Shown: positions 44,250-54,013, counted from the first letter of the stretch. The stretch is DNA of 64,000 nucleotides from an uncultured Alphaproteobacteria bacterium (GCA_963814625.1 CAWFDQ010000008.1:218902-282901); one strand, 5' to 3'. The notes: generated from the letters alone by a model not told the origin. Made by a program: numbers and translations.

Positions 44250-45131
44250 GTGAAGACACTCATCGCTACGGTGACGGCCTTTGTCATCTCGCTGGCCGCT
44301 CTTGCGCCTGCGCGCGCCGCCGGGGGCAAAATCGCAGTGGTGGCGGCGGAGAATTTTTACGGCGATGTCGCGCAGCAGATCGGCGGTGACCTGGTTTCGG
44401 TTAGCAGTATTTTGAGCAATCCCGACCAGGACCCGCATCTGTTCGAGACCACACCGGCAATCGTTCGCCAGATCGCCGCGGCGCAAGTGATTGTCTTCAA
44501 CGGCGCCGACTATGACCCGTGGATGGAAAAGCTGCTGAGCGTGACGCCGAAGGCAGGGCGCATCGTGATCGTAGCCGCCGACCTCATGCACAAGAAGGCC
44601 GGCGATAATCCGCATCTCTGGTACGATCCGCCGACAATGCCGGCGGTCGCCAGCGCGCTCGCCGCCGCCTTCTCGACCGTCGATCCCGCCCACAAGGACG
44701 GATACGCGGCGCGGCTTAAAACCTTTCTCGCCTCGCTCGCGCCGTTGAACGAGAAAATCGCCGCCATCGGCACGGCGTATGCGGGCACCCCGGTCGCGGC
44801 AACCGAACCGGTGTTCGGTTACATGGCGGCCGCGCTGAAATTAAAAATGTACGACGAGCGGTTTCAGCTCGCGGTCATGAACGATACCGAACCCAGCGCC
44901 CGCGATTTTGCTGCCTTCGAAAGCGACCTGAAGACCCGCAAGGTGAGGGTCCTGATATACAACAAGCAGGCAGCGGACAATCTGGTACGGCATCTCCTCG
45001 ACGTTGCACGCGCCTCGAAGATCCCGGTGGTCGGCGTCACCGAGACCGCGCCTCCGGGGCTGTCCTACCAAGCCTGGATAATGAGCGAGCTCGACGCCAC
45101 CGAAAAGGCGTTGGCCGGGCCAACCTCATGA
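44250..45131 (+). CDS. znuA: Metal (probably zinc) ABC transporter substrate-binding protein, TroA/ZnuA cluster-9 family
   Basis: The GTG start has a GAGGAGG SD. It has a signal peptide, and the motifs VAAENFYGD and NPDQDPHLFE are present. The Zur box lies upstream. The stop overlaps the znuC start (ATGA). Confidence 0.8.
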   Translation: MKTLIATVTAFVISLAALAPARAAGGKIAVVAAENFYGDVAQQIGGDLVSVSSILSNPDQDPHLFETTPAIVRQIAAAQVIVFNGADYDPWMEKLLSVTPKAGRIVIVAADLMHKKAGDNPHLWYDPPTMPAVASALAAAFSTVDPAHKDGYAARLKTFLASLAPLNEKIAAIGTAYAGTPVAATEPVFGYMAAALKLKMYDERFQLAVMNDTEPSARDFAAFESDLKTRKVRVLIYNKQAADNLVRHLLDVARASKIPVVGVTETAPPGLSYQAWIMSELDATEKALAGPTS

Positions 45132-45973
45132 ATGTCATCGAACTCGACGGCGTGACGATCGGACTGGGCGGGCGCAACGTCCTCGTCGATGCCAGCTTTG
45201 CCATCAAAAGCGGCGAATTCATCGGCGTGCTCGGCCCTAACGGCGCCGGTAAGACCACGTTGATGCGCGCTATTCTCGGCCTGATCCAGCCGAGCGCCGG
45301 GATCATCCGCGTATTTGGCCGCGCGCCGCGGCGCGGCGACGCGGAAATCGGCTACCTGCCACAGGTGCGCACTGTGCTCCCGGACCTGCGCGTGCGTGGC
45401 CTCGACTTCATCGCCAGCTCCGTGCACGGCGAGCGTTGGGGCGTGCCATCGCTGTCGCGCGTCGACCGCAAGATGATCGCGGAGACACTGGCCGCGGTGG
45501 GCGCGCGACAGCTCGCCGAGCGTCCGCTTGCAGACATGTCGGGCGGCGAGCGGCAGCGGCTTTTGCTCGCACAGGCGCTGCTCGGCGAGCCGCGGCTGCT
45601 CCTCCTCGACGAACCGCTGATCAGCCTCGATCATCGCTATCAAGAGGCCGTGGTCGACCTAGTCCGTGGCTTTGCCCGTGAGCACAACATCACGGTGCTG
45701 TTTTCCGCCCACGAACTTAATCAACTGATCGGCGCGCTCGATCGCGTGCTCTATCTCGGCAACGGCCATGCCGCGCTCGGCACGGTGGCGGAGGTGGTGA
45801 CGGCGCCGGTGTTGTCGCAGCTCTACGGCACTTCTATCAGCGTGGTCCATGCCGACGGCCATATTTTCGTGCTGTCGCGCGGCCGCGACGTCGAGCGCTC
45901 AGATCATCTGCACGACCATGGTCATGGCCACGAACACAGTCATGACCATCATCACGATCATCACCATGCTTGA
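45128..45973 (+). CDS. znuC: Zinc ABC transporter ATP-binding protein with a His-rich C-terminal tail
   Basis: It has Walker A GPNGAGKTT, signature MSGGERQR and Walker B LLLLDEP. The tail is DHLHDHGHGHEHSHDHHHDHHHA. Confidence 0.85.
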   Translation: MNVIELDGVTIGLGGRNVLVDASFAIKSGEFIGVLGPNGAGKTTLMRAILGLIQPSAGIIRVFGRAPRRGDAEIGYLPQVRTVLPDLRVRGLDFIASSVHGERWGVPSLSRVDRKMIAETLAAVGARQLAERPLADMSGGERQRLLLAQALLGEPRLLLLDEPLISLDHRYQEAVVDLVRGFAREHNITVLFSAHELNQLIGALDRVLYLGNGHAALGTVAEVVTAPVLSQLYGTSISVVHADGHIFVLSRGRDVERSDHLHDHGHGHEHSHDHHHDHHHA

Positions 45974-46778
45974 ATACGATTTCATGCGGAATGCCTTCGC
46001 GGCAGCCGGCGTCGCGGCCGTCGTATCGGGGCTGGTGGGTTATTTCCTGGTGTTGCGTGGACAGACTTTTGCCGGTCACGCGCTCGGCCATATCGGCTTT
46101 GCCGGCGCGACCGGCGCTGTCCTGCTCGGCATCGCACCGGTCTGGGGACTGGTCGGCTTCACCGTCGTGGCCGGGATCGGCATGGGACTGATGGGCGAGC
46201 GCATCAGCGGCCGCGATGTCGCCATCGGCGTGGTGCTGGCGCTGGCGCTTGGCTTCGGGCTCCTCTTCCTGCACTACTATACGGCATTCGCCGCCCAGGC
46301 GACCGCGCTCCTGTTCGGCAACGTGCTCGCGGCCGACCGCACGATGATCGCTACGCTCATCGGGCTCGGCGCAGTTACGCTCGTTGCGCTCCTCGCGATC
46401 ATGCGGCCGCTCATTTTCGCGAGCCTGCAGCCGGAACTAGCCGAAGCCAAAGGCGTGCCGGTGCGTCTTATCTCCATCGCGTTTTTGGCCATCGTGGCGC
46501 TGGCCGTATCGGAAAGCGCTCAAATCGTCGGCATTCTTTTGGTTTTTTCGCTCATGGTCGGACCGCCGGCTACGGCGCAGCGGCTGGTTACGGGGTTGTG
46601 GAGTGGAATGGCGCTTTCGGCTCTCATTGCTTTGGCCGAGGCGTGGATTGGTCTCACTGTCGCCTATTACACCGACTGGCCGGTCAGCTTCTGCATCGCG
46701 CTTCTGAGCGCACTGGGATACTTTCTCACCCGCGGCAACTGGATGCCGCACCGGCTGCCTCAAGCCTCACAACCGTGA
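45966..46778 (+). CDS. znuB: Zinc ABC transporter permease
   Basis: The internal Met of ORF 45849-46778 (MLEYDFMRNAFAAAGVAAVVSGLVGYFLVLRGQTFAGHALGH) is the likely start. It overlaps the znuC end by 8 nt. The protein has multiple TM segments. Confidence 0.85.
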   Translation: MLEYDFMRNAFAAAGVAAVVSGLVGYFLVLRGQTFAGHALGHIGFAGATGAVLLGIAPVWGLVGFTVVAGIGMGLMGERISGRDVAIGVVLALALGFGLLFLHYYTAFAAQATALLFGNVLAADRTMIATLIGLGAVTLVALLAIMRPLIFASLQPELAEAKGVPVRLISIAFLAIVALAVSESAQIVGILLVFSLMVGPPATAQRLVTGLWSGMALSALIALAEAWIGLTVAYYTDWPVSFCIALLSALGYFLTRGNWMPHRLPQASQP

Positions 46779-46875
46779 GCGTCGACACTGTCAGGCATTT
46801 TCGCGACGCGACCCGCGGCTGAATTGCCAATTCGGGTCGGGGCAGGCATGTTCGCGGCGGCGAAGGAATTTCGAT

Positions 46876-47811
46876 ATGACCGAGCAAAGGGCCGAAAAAA
46901 CGGGCGCGATTTGCGTCGGCGAAGTATTGATCGAACTGAAGCGCGGCGCCGACGGCCGCTTCGCGCTCTCCTGCGGCGGCGATGCGTTCAATACGGCGGT
47001 CTATCTCGCGCGCGCGGGCATCGATGTCGGCTTCGCCGCGGCCGTGGGCGATGATCCTTATTCGGACAGCATTTTGGCGCTTGCGGCCGCGGAGGGAGTT
47101 TCAGCCAACCTCGTGATGCGCCTGCCCGGACGGCTACCCGGTTTGTGCCTCATCGAGAATGGAACGAGCGGCGAACGTAGCGCCCGTTGCTGGCGCGAAG
47201 GCGCTCCGGTGCGCGAGTTGTTCGAGCTGCCCGACTGGATGCGCGTGGCCGAAAGCCTGGTCGTGGCGAAGCTTATTTATTTTTCCGGAATCACGCTGTC
47301 GCTTTTTTCCACCACGGGTCTCGGCCGCTTCCTCGCCGTGCTCGAAGTCGCGCGCAAGCAGGGCGCGAAGGTGGCGTTCGACGGCAATTTCCGCCCGCGC
47401 GGCTGGAATGGCGATTTGCCGCGCACCCGCACCGTTTTCATCGAGACGCTCAAACGCGTCGATATCGCGCTGCCGACTTACGACGACGAGGCCGTGCTCT
47501 GGGGCGACCCCAGCCCGGACGCGACGGTGGCCCGCCTGCAAGCCTTCGGCATCGGCGAAATCGTCGTCAAGAACGGGCCGAACAGCGCCCTGGTCGCCGC
47601 GCCCGGCGGCCTGGAATTCGTCCCGGTGCCGGAGGTGGTGGTGCCGGTCGACCCGACCGCCGCCGGCGACGGTTTTAATGCCGGCTACCTCGCCGCGCGA
47701 CTGAGCGGTGTGGAGCCTGCGCAGGCGGCGAGCGCTGCTCATCGCCTCGCCGGCGACGTGATCCGCCATCCCGGCGCACTGCTGCCGCGCGCGGCGCTTG
47801 CGATGCATTGA
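46876..47811 (+). CDS. kdgK: 2-dehydro-3-deoxygluconokinase (PfkB family)
   Basis: This is an intact 311-aa ORF. As remembered, it is collinear with E. coli KdgK (GGDAFNTAVYLAR, LPGLCLIENGTSGERS…CWR, FDGNFRPRGW, PTYDDEAVLWGD, DPTAAGDGFNAGYLAARL). Confidence 0.82.
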   Translation: MTEQRAEKTGAICVGEVLIELKRGADGRFALSCGGDAFNTAVYLARAGIDVGFAAAVGDDPYSDSILALAAAEGVSANLVMRLPGRLPGLCLIENGTSGERSARCWREGAPVRELFELPDWMRVAESLVVAKLIYFSGITLSLFSTTGLGRFLAVLEVARKQGAKVAFDGNFRPRGWNGDLPRTRTVFIETLKRVDIALPTYDDEAVLWGDPSPDATVARLQAFGIGEIVVKNGPNSALVAAPGGLEFVPVPEVVVPVDPTAAGDGFNAGYLAARLSGVEPAQAASAAHRLAGDVIRHPGALLPRAALAMH

Positions 47812-48045
47812 CCGTTCCACGTTTGTGGAAGCTCAATCGGCATTTCTCCTCTTTAGTTGACCTTCGCCGAGAGCCGGTGAGCGCAACCTTTCGTCTTGCG
47901 TGTCGTCGCTAAAGCCGCCAGTCTAGAATTTCGCAGCCCGCGTATCCGACAATGGCTTGATTGAACGCGGATGCGGTCGCATTGCGCACGCCGGTGCAGC
48001 ATCGCCGGATCGATGACGCGAGCGCAGACAAAGGGAGGATACCTC

Positions 48046-48750
48046 ATGAAGAAGCATGATGAAGGCCGCCGTGCGTTCCTTGTCGGCACGGCCGCTGGAG
48101 CTGCCGCCACCGTTGCGCTTGTTCCGGAGGCGCTCGCCAAATCCGGCCAACGCGTTGCGGCGGCCAATGCTCCGGCAGGCACCATGGTGGACCAGGGAGC
48201 CGATCATCCGGCCATGGCTCCAATGTCCGATTCGCATTGCGCCTTCTTCAACGATGACGATGCCCGGACCATTAAGGCATTTGCCGAACGGTTGATGCCC
48301 GGCGCGCCAGGCATGCCGGGCGCGACCGACGCCGACGTGCTCAACTACATCGATCTCGCATTATCCGGCGCCTACAAGGATCAGCAGGACTTTTACCGAC
48401 GGGGCGTCGCCCAACTCGACGCGCACTGCATTGCGACCTACGGCAAGGTATTCGCGAATCTCAGTGCGACGCAGCAGGACGAGGCGATTGCCGCCCTCGA
48501 ACACAGCAAGGCGCCCGAATTCGTCTGGCCGACAGCTCAGGCGTTTTTCAACACCGTGCGCACGCACACGATGGAAGGCATGTTTGCCGATCCGATCTAT
48601 GGCGGCAACAAGGATTTCGCCGGCTGGCGCCTCGTCGGCTTTCCCGGCGCGCAGATGCAGTTCACCGCGGAAGACATGCAAAGCAAGGAGGCCTTCACGC
48701 GCGAGCCCGTCGTCGGACTGCAGTCGCAGCTCAAGAAAAGAAAGGGCTGA
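48046..48750 (+). CDS. Gluconate 2-dehydrogenase subunit-3-family small protein with a Tat signal
   Basis: The SD AAGGGAGG precedes the ATG at 48046. The twin-arginine motif is GRRAFLVGTAAGAAATVAL. It lies directly upstream of a GMC flavoprotein gene. Confidence 0.78.
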   Translation: MKKHDEGRRAFLVGTAAGAAATVALVPEALAKSGQRVAAANAPAGTMVDQGADHPAMAPMSDSHCAFFNDDDARTIKAFAERLMPGAPGMPGATDADVLNYIDLALSGAYKDQQDFYRRGVAQLDAHCIATYGKVFANLSATQQDEAIAALEHSKAPEFVWPTAQAFFNTVRTHTMEGMFADPIYGGNKDFAGWRLVGFPGAQMQFTAEDMQSKEAFTREPVVGLQSQLKKRKG

Positions 48751-48754
48751 CGCC

Positions 48755-50476
48755 ATGGCGATCGAGAAAACCGATGTTGTCATCGTCGGCGTCGGCGCCG
48801 CGGGTGGAATACTCGCAGCCGAACTCGGCAAAGCCGGCATGAAAGTCATAGGGCTCGAACGCGGTCCGCAACTCACGACCGCCGATTTCGAGCCACATGA
48901 CGAGTTGCGTTACTTCGAACGCCAGGACCTACGCCCCGACCCGAAGCGGATGCCGGTGACCTGGCGGCCTAATACCAATGCAACCGCCCATCCGATCCCG
49001 TCGCAGAACAACGGCAATCAGGCCGGCGGCGGCACCGTCCATTATGGCTCGCTGTCTTGGCGCATGCACGAGGACGACTTCCGGGTGCGCACCAAGACCA
49101 TCGAGCGCTACGGTAATGCCGCGATACCCAAGGACTCTTCGCTCGTCGATTGGCCGGTGAGCTACGCCGAACTTGAGCCGTTCTACGACAAGGCTGAATA
49201 CGAGCTTGGCGTATCGGGGAAGGCCGGCAACCTGCAGGGCAAGAAAATCGAGGACGGCAATGTCTTTGAGGCCCCGCGCAAGCGCGAATATCCGCTGCCG
49301 CCGCTGATCGTGGACCAGTCGGGGCTACTGTTCGAAGCCGGAGCGAAGAAGCTCGGACAGCATCCCTTCTCGTCACCGCGCGCGATCATATCAGAGCCGT
49401 ACCATGACCGGCCGGGTTGCACCTATTGCGGCTTCTGCCAGGCGTTCGGCTGCCATGTCGGAGCAAAGTCCTCGATCCTGGTTACCAAGCTGCCTGAGGC
49501 AGAAGCGACCGGCAATTTCAAGATCATTACCGGCGCCATGTGCTACCGCGTCGATAGTGACAATTCCGGCAAGGTGACGGGCGTGTCGTATTACGGGCCG
49601 GACCGCTCCGACAATACGATCGAGGCGGACATCGTGATCATCGCGCCGTTCATCTACGATAATACGCGTCTGATGCTGCTGTCGAAGACGGCGAAATTTC
49701 CCAATGGTCTCGCCAATTCCAGCGGCCATCTGGGCAGACACATCATGGCGCACATGATGGTAAGCGTCTTCGCCACGTTTGAGGACCGTTACGTCAACAA
49801 CTTCATGGGCCCGAGCGCCCAGAAGCATTCGATCGACGACTTCAATGCGGACAATTTCGATCATTCCGGACTGGGCTTCATCCGCGGCGCCCAGATCTCG
49901 ATCGGAACGCCGACCTTGGAAGGCGGTCCGATCAGCGCCAGCTTCATTGCGCCCCCGCCGGGGGTCCCGCGATGGGGCGCGGCGTATCGCGACTTCATTT
50001 CGCGATATTACGCGCGCCACGGCGCGATGGTCGGGCAGACCGAGAACCTGCCGTACTCCGATCAGATGATCGATCTCGATCCGCACGTGCGCGATGCCTG
50101 GGGGCTGCAGGCGCCGCGCATGACCTACGACTGGCGGCGTCCGAACGAGATGGCTCGCGTCCAATTCATCCAGACGAAGATGGAGGAGATTGGACGCGCA
50201 ATGGGCGCTCCGCATGTATGGCACGGACCGCTCGCACCCGGCGCACCCGGCGCACATCACGAAGGCGGCACCCGCATGGGCACCGATGCGAAGGATTCGG
50301 TGGTCAACAAATACGGCCAGACCTGGGATCACTCCAATTTGTTCCTGGTCGGCAGTTCGACGTTCCCGACCATGGGCGCTGGGTTCAACCCGACTCTGAC
50401 CATCCAGGCGCTCGCTTACTTGACGGCGGACGCGATCGTGAATCGCTACCGGAAGCATCCAGGCCCGCTGATCTAA
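48755..50476 (+). CDS. GMC-family FAD oxidoreductase (membrane-dehydrogenase flavoprotein subunit type), copy 1
   Basis: The start is MAIEKTDVVIVGVGAAGGILAAELGKAG (GxGxxG). The remainder of ORF 48431-50476 is intact. No signal peptide is present. Confidence 0.9.
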   Translation: MAIEKTDVVIVGVGAAGGILAAELGKAGMKVIGLERGPQLTTADFEPHDELRYFERQDLRPDPKRMPVTWRPNTNATAHPIPSQNNGNQAGGGTVHYGSLSWRMHEDDFRVRTKTIERYGNAAIPKDSSLVDWPVSYAELEPFYDKAEYELGVSGKAGNLQGKKIEDGNVFEAPRKREYPLPPLIVDQSGLLFEAGAKKLGQHPFSSPRAIISEPYHDRPGCTYCGFCQAFGCHVGAKSSILVTKLPEAEATGNFKIITGAMCYRVDSDNSGKVTGVSYYGPDRSDNTIEADIVIIAPFIYDNTRLMLLSKTAKFPNGLANSSGHLGRHIMAHMMVSVFATFEDRYVNNFMGPSAQKHSIDDFNADNFDHSGLGFIRGAQISIGTPTLEGGPISASFIAPPPGVPRWGAAYRDFISRYYARHGAMVGQTENLPYSDQMIDLDPHVRDAWGLQAPRMTYDWRRPNEMARVQFIQTKMEEIGRAMGAPHVWHGPLAPGAPGAHHEGGTRMGTDAKDSVVNKYGQTWDHSNLFLVGSSTFPTMGAGFNPTLTIQALAYLTADAIVNRYRKHPGPLI

Positions 50477-50500
50477 AAACGCGGTCGCGCCGAGAAGACA

Positions 50501-50528
50501 AGCGCAGCCGAGCAAGCTCGGCTGCGCT
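50501..50528 (+). terminator. 13-bp GC-rich hairpin between the two GMC genes; no U-tract, so function is uncertain
   Basis: AGCGCAGCCGAGC-aa-GCUCGGCUGCGCU is followed by uccaucgc. Confidence 0.3.
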
Positions 50529-50571
50529 TCCATCGCACAACGATTGGCGCCTTTAAGGGAGCTCATCAGCC

Positions 50572-52293
50572 ATGACAACGGAAAAAACCGATGTTGTCAT
50601 CGTCGGCGTCGGTGCCGCGGGCGGAATCCTGGCCGCCGAACTCGGCAAAGCCGGCATCAAAGTGATCGGACTCGAACGCGGTCCCCGGCTCGAAACATCC
50701 GATTTCGAAGCGCATGACGAACTGCGCTTCTTTCAGCGCCAGGACCTGCGCCCGGATCCGAAGCGGATGCCGGTGACTTGGCGGCCGAATACGAGCGCAA
50801 CCGCGCATCCAATTCCATCGCAGAACAACGGCAACGAGGCGGGCGGCGGCACCGTGCATTACGGCGCGCTGTCCTGGCGTTTTCACGAAGACGATTTCCG
50901 CGTGCGCTCGGCGAGCATCGAACGCTACGGTAAAGCTGCCATCCCGCAGGATTCATCGGTCGTCGATTGGCCGCTGTCCTACACCGACCTCGAACCGTAT
51001 TACGAGCGCGCCGAATATGAACTCGGCGTCGCCGGCAAAGCCGGCAATCTGAAAGGCCAAAAAATCGCCGGCGGCAACGTGTTCGAGGCGCCGCGACAGC
51101 GTGAGTATCCGCTCAAGCCGCTGCTCATCGATCAAGTCGGCGTCAATTTCACCGCGGCCGCACAAAAACTCGGCCTGCATCCATTCTCGTCGCCGCACGC
51201 GATCCTGTCGGAGCCCTACAAGGATCGGCCGGCCTGCACCTATTGCGGCTTCTGCCAGGCGTTCGGCTGCCATGTCGGAGCAAAGTCCTCGATCCTGGTC
51301 ACCAAGCTGCCGGAAGCCGACGCCACCGGCAATTTCAAGCTGGTCACCGGCGCGATGTGTTATCGCGTCAATTCGGACAACAGCGGCAAAGTGACGGGCG
51401 TGGCGTATTACGGGCCCGGCGGCGCCGATAACACGATCGAAGCTGACGTCGTCATTCTCGCGCCCTTCATCTACGATAACGTGCGGCTTTTGCTGTTGTC
51501 GAAGACGGAGAAATTCCCCAACGGACTTGCCAATTCGAGCGGACACCTTGGCAGACATATCATGGCGCATATCGGGGCGCGGGCGTTCGCCGCGTTCGAT
51601 GACCGCCACGTCAACGTCTATATGGGTCCGAGCGCGCAGAAGCATTCGCTCGACGACTTCAACGGCGACAATTTCGATCACGCGAATCTAGGTTTCATTC
51701 GCGGCGCACAGATTTCGGCCGGTCCAGCCGGGCTCGAAGGCGGCCCACTCGGCACCGCCATGAGCATGAACCCGCCGCCCGGCGTGCCGCGCTGGGGCGC
51801 CGCGTTTCGCGACTTCTTCGCCCAATACTATACGCGCCACACCGCGCTCACCGGGCAGACGGAAAATCTGCCGTATCCGGATCAGATGATCGACCTCGAT
51901 CCGCATGTGCGCGACGCCTGGGGCCTGCCGGCGCCGCGCATGACCTACGATTGGCGGCGGCCAAACGAGAGGGCGCGTATTGAATTCATCCGGAACAAGA
52001 TGGTCGAGATCGGCCAGTCGATGGGCGCGGCGCATGTTTGGACCGCGCCGTTCGGTCCCGGCTCGCCGGGCGCTCACCATCAGGGCGGCACTCGCATGGG
52101 CAGCAATCCGAAAGAATCGGTGGTGAACAAATACAGTCAGAGCTGGGACATCCCGAACCTGTTCATCATGGGCTCATCGACCCATCCAACGATGAGCGGG
52201 TTCAATCCGACGCTCACGATCCAGGCCCTGGCCTACATGACAGCGGATGCGATCGTGAATCGCTACCGGAAGAATCCGGGATCGTTGTTGTAA
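50572..52293 (+). CDS. GMC-family FAD oxidoreductase, copy 2 (tandem paralogue, roughly 80% aa identity to copy 1 by eye)
   Basis: This is an intact 573-aa ORF starting MTTEKTDVVIVGVGAAGGILAAELGKAG. It is collinear with copy 1 throughout. Confidence 0.9.
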   Translation: MTTEKTDVVIVGVGAAGGILAAELGKAGIKVIGLERGPRLETSDFEAHDELRFFQRQDLRPDPKRMPVTWRPNTSATAHPIPSQNNGNEAGGGTVHYGALSWRFHEDDFRVRSASIERYGKAAIPQDSSVVDWPLSYTDLEPYYERAEYELGVAGKAGNLKGQKIAGGNVFEAPRQREYPLKPLLIDQVGVNFTAAAQKLGLHPFSSPHAILSEPYKDRPACTYCGFCQAFGCHVGAKSSILVTKLPEADATGNFKLVTGAMCYRVNSDNSGKVTGVAYYGPGGADNTIEADVVILAPFIYDNVRLLLLSKTEKFPNGLANSSGHLGRHIMAHIGARAFAAFDDRHVNVYMGPSAQKHSLDDFNGDNFDHANLGFIRGAQISAGPAGLEGGPLGTAMSMNPPPGVPRWGAAFRDFFAQYYTRHTALTGQTENLPYPDQMIDLDPHVRDAWGLPAPRMTYDWRRPNERARIEFIRNKMVEIGQSMGAAHVWTAPFGPGSPGAHHQGGTRMGSNPKESVVNKYSQSWDIPNLFIMGSSTHPTMSGFNPTLTIQALAYMTADAIVNRYRKNPGSLL

Positions 52294-52320
52294 AGCTGAA
52301 TTGTAAAGCGGCAGCAGGCT

Positions 52321-52705
52321 TTAGCGGTTGGCAAAATCGGCCGGGCGCAGCTCGATCGGCGTGCCATGCGGGGTGCGCTCGCAGGCGCGCTCCCAGGCAT
52401 CCCGCGTGCGCGCAAGCGTTCGCGGGTCGGCGAGGCCCTTCTCGGCAACGATCCGCTCCAGCGTGGCGAGCCAGTGCTGGTAATAGGTCTCGCCGGTATC
52501 GGGATCGCCGGCGGCTTGCGCCTTTTTGATCTCCTCGCCGAGCGACTTGCGCCCATTCCTTCCAGGTGAACAGGCCGCGCTCGTTGAGCGACACAGCGAG
52601 CGCAAACGCCTGCGCTTCCCAAGGCTCGCGGAACACCGGACCTTCGGCGTTGCGCGGGATGCTTCGGACTTCCTGCGTCGCGCGCTGTGTGGCGGCGTCG
52701 GTCAT
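52321..52705 (-). pseudogene. Nitrile hydratase accessory (activator, beta-homologue) protein; one frame change
   Basis: The sequence MTDAATQRATQEVRSIPRNAEGPVFREPWEAQAFALAVSLNERGLFTWKEWAQ (ORF 52214-52705) continues as SLGEEIKKAQAAGDPDTGETYYQHWLATLERIV… (ORF 52321-52605). The shift is near 52555. Confidence 0.75.
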
Positions 52706-52708
52706 GAT

Positions 52709-53370
52709 TTACGCCGGCTCCAGATACGGTTCGAACGCCTCGATCGAGACCTTGAGCGTTGGGTCGGCTGCTCTCGCCCCACAATTCGCGGCCGTCGAAC
52801 AAAACGGTGTAGAGCCATTGCGGGTTCTCGCCCTGGCCGATCGCCACCGTGTCGGGATAGACGTGACAGCCGCGCAGCGCCTCGACCACGCCGATCTTGT
52901 CGCGGGCGTAGCGCGGCAGGCGCGTGTGCGTCGCCGGATGGATGTTCTTGGTGCGTACGCGATCGCCGGGCTTGAAGCGGGCGGGCGCTTGCGCGGGCCT
53001 GGCTGAACGAGCCGCGCGACAGCGTATTCGGCACGTCGGCGGCCTTGAGGGTTCGCTTGAGGGGTTTGCCGGAACGCAGTGCGTGGCCCGCCGCCAGCTC
53101 GTCGGCGCCCGCCAAACCCAGATCCACGATCATGTTCTCAAGCCGCATCTCCCATTTTTTGTAATAGGAGCTCGTCAGATAAACATCCGGCGGCAGCCTC
53201 TCGATGCCGGCGCGCGTCTGGTCGATGGTCCAGATGCCGGTGTAGCCCATGGCGCGATTGAGCGCGAGCGTCCGCCCCTCCCACGGCGCGTGGAAGACCG
53301 GCTCGTTCGGCTCCGGCTCCACTTTGCCGAAGCCGTGCATGCCGCCCATGTCGTGGATGCCGTCCATCAC
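52709..53370 (-). pseudogene. nthB: Nitrile hydratase beta subunit; 2 frame changes
   Basis: The N-terminus is MMDGIHDMGGMHGFGKVEPEPNEPVFHAPWEGR. The middle is …ARFKPGDRVRTKNIHPATHTRLPRYARDKIGVVEALRGCHVYPD…. The end is …PTLKVSIEAFEPYLEPA. Shifts are near 52995 and 52770. Confidence 0.82.
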
Positions 53371-54013
53371 GCGGCCTCCTTCGGATTTTTAGGAAGTCCG
53401 GTGCCGATCATGCTGTCGCGCGTCACCAGAGCTGCGAGTTTCTCCTCGCTCCAGCCGTCGGTGCCCGCGGGCCGCATCGGCAGCACGATGAAGCGCGTTT
53501 CCGCCGTCGAATCCCACACCCGAATTTGCATGTCCGCCGGCAGCTTGACGCCGAAATCGGCGAGCACGCCGCGCGGATCGTTGACCGCGCGCGAGCGATA
53601 CGGCGCCGATTTGTACCAGACCGGCGGCAGCCCGAGCACTTCCCACGGATAGCAGGAGCACAAGGTGCAGACGATCATGTTGTGCAGCTTCGGCGTGTTC
53701 TCGACCGCGATGAGATGATCGCCGACGCGGTTGAGCAGACCGAACGAGGCCACGGCCTTGCTCGCATCCTCGACCAGCGCCCGCTTGAACGCCGGATCGC
53801 TCCAGGCCTTGGCGACGACGCGGGCGCCGGTGTGCGGGCCGACCTTGGTCTCGTAGGCCTCGATGATCGCATCGAGCGCGGCCGGGTCGACATAGCCCTT
53901 CTCGGCCAGCACGGTCTCCAGCGCGCGCACGCGCAGCTGCATTTCGGACAGTTCCGAGCCGTGGTCGTGATGGTCGTCGTGGTCGATGTCGTGATCATGC
54001 GCCGGCGCTCCAT
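53367..54013 (-). pseudogene. nthA: Cobalt-type nitrile hydratase alpha subunit with a His/Asp-rich N-terminus; frame broken right after the ATG (alternative intact start at Met 53942)
   Basis: The metal-site motif is [10 protein letters not shown] (Thr-type, as in Co enzymes). The in-frame upstream peptide is [31 protein letters not shown]. The ATG at 54013 is one base out of frame. Restoring one G in ATGG(G)AGCG gives MGAPAHDHD…. A TATAAT box lies at 54044-54039. Confidence 0.82.

Noticed and set aside
50501-50528. The hairpin between the two GMC genes, considered as an intrinsic terminator separating two transcription units.
   Set aside because: There is no U-tract after the stem, so I kept it only as a low-confidence feature. 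It may be a REP-like or mRNA-stability element within a single operon.
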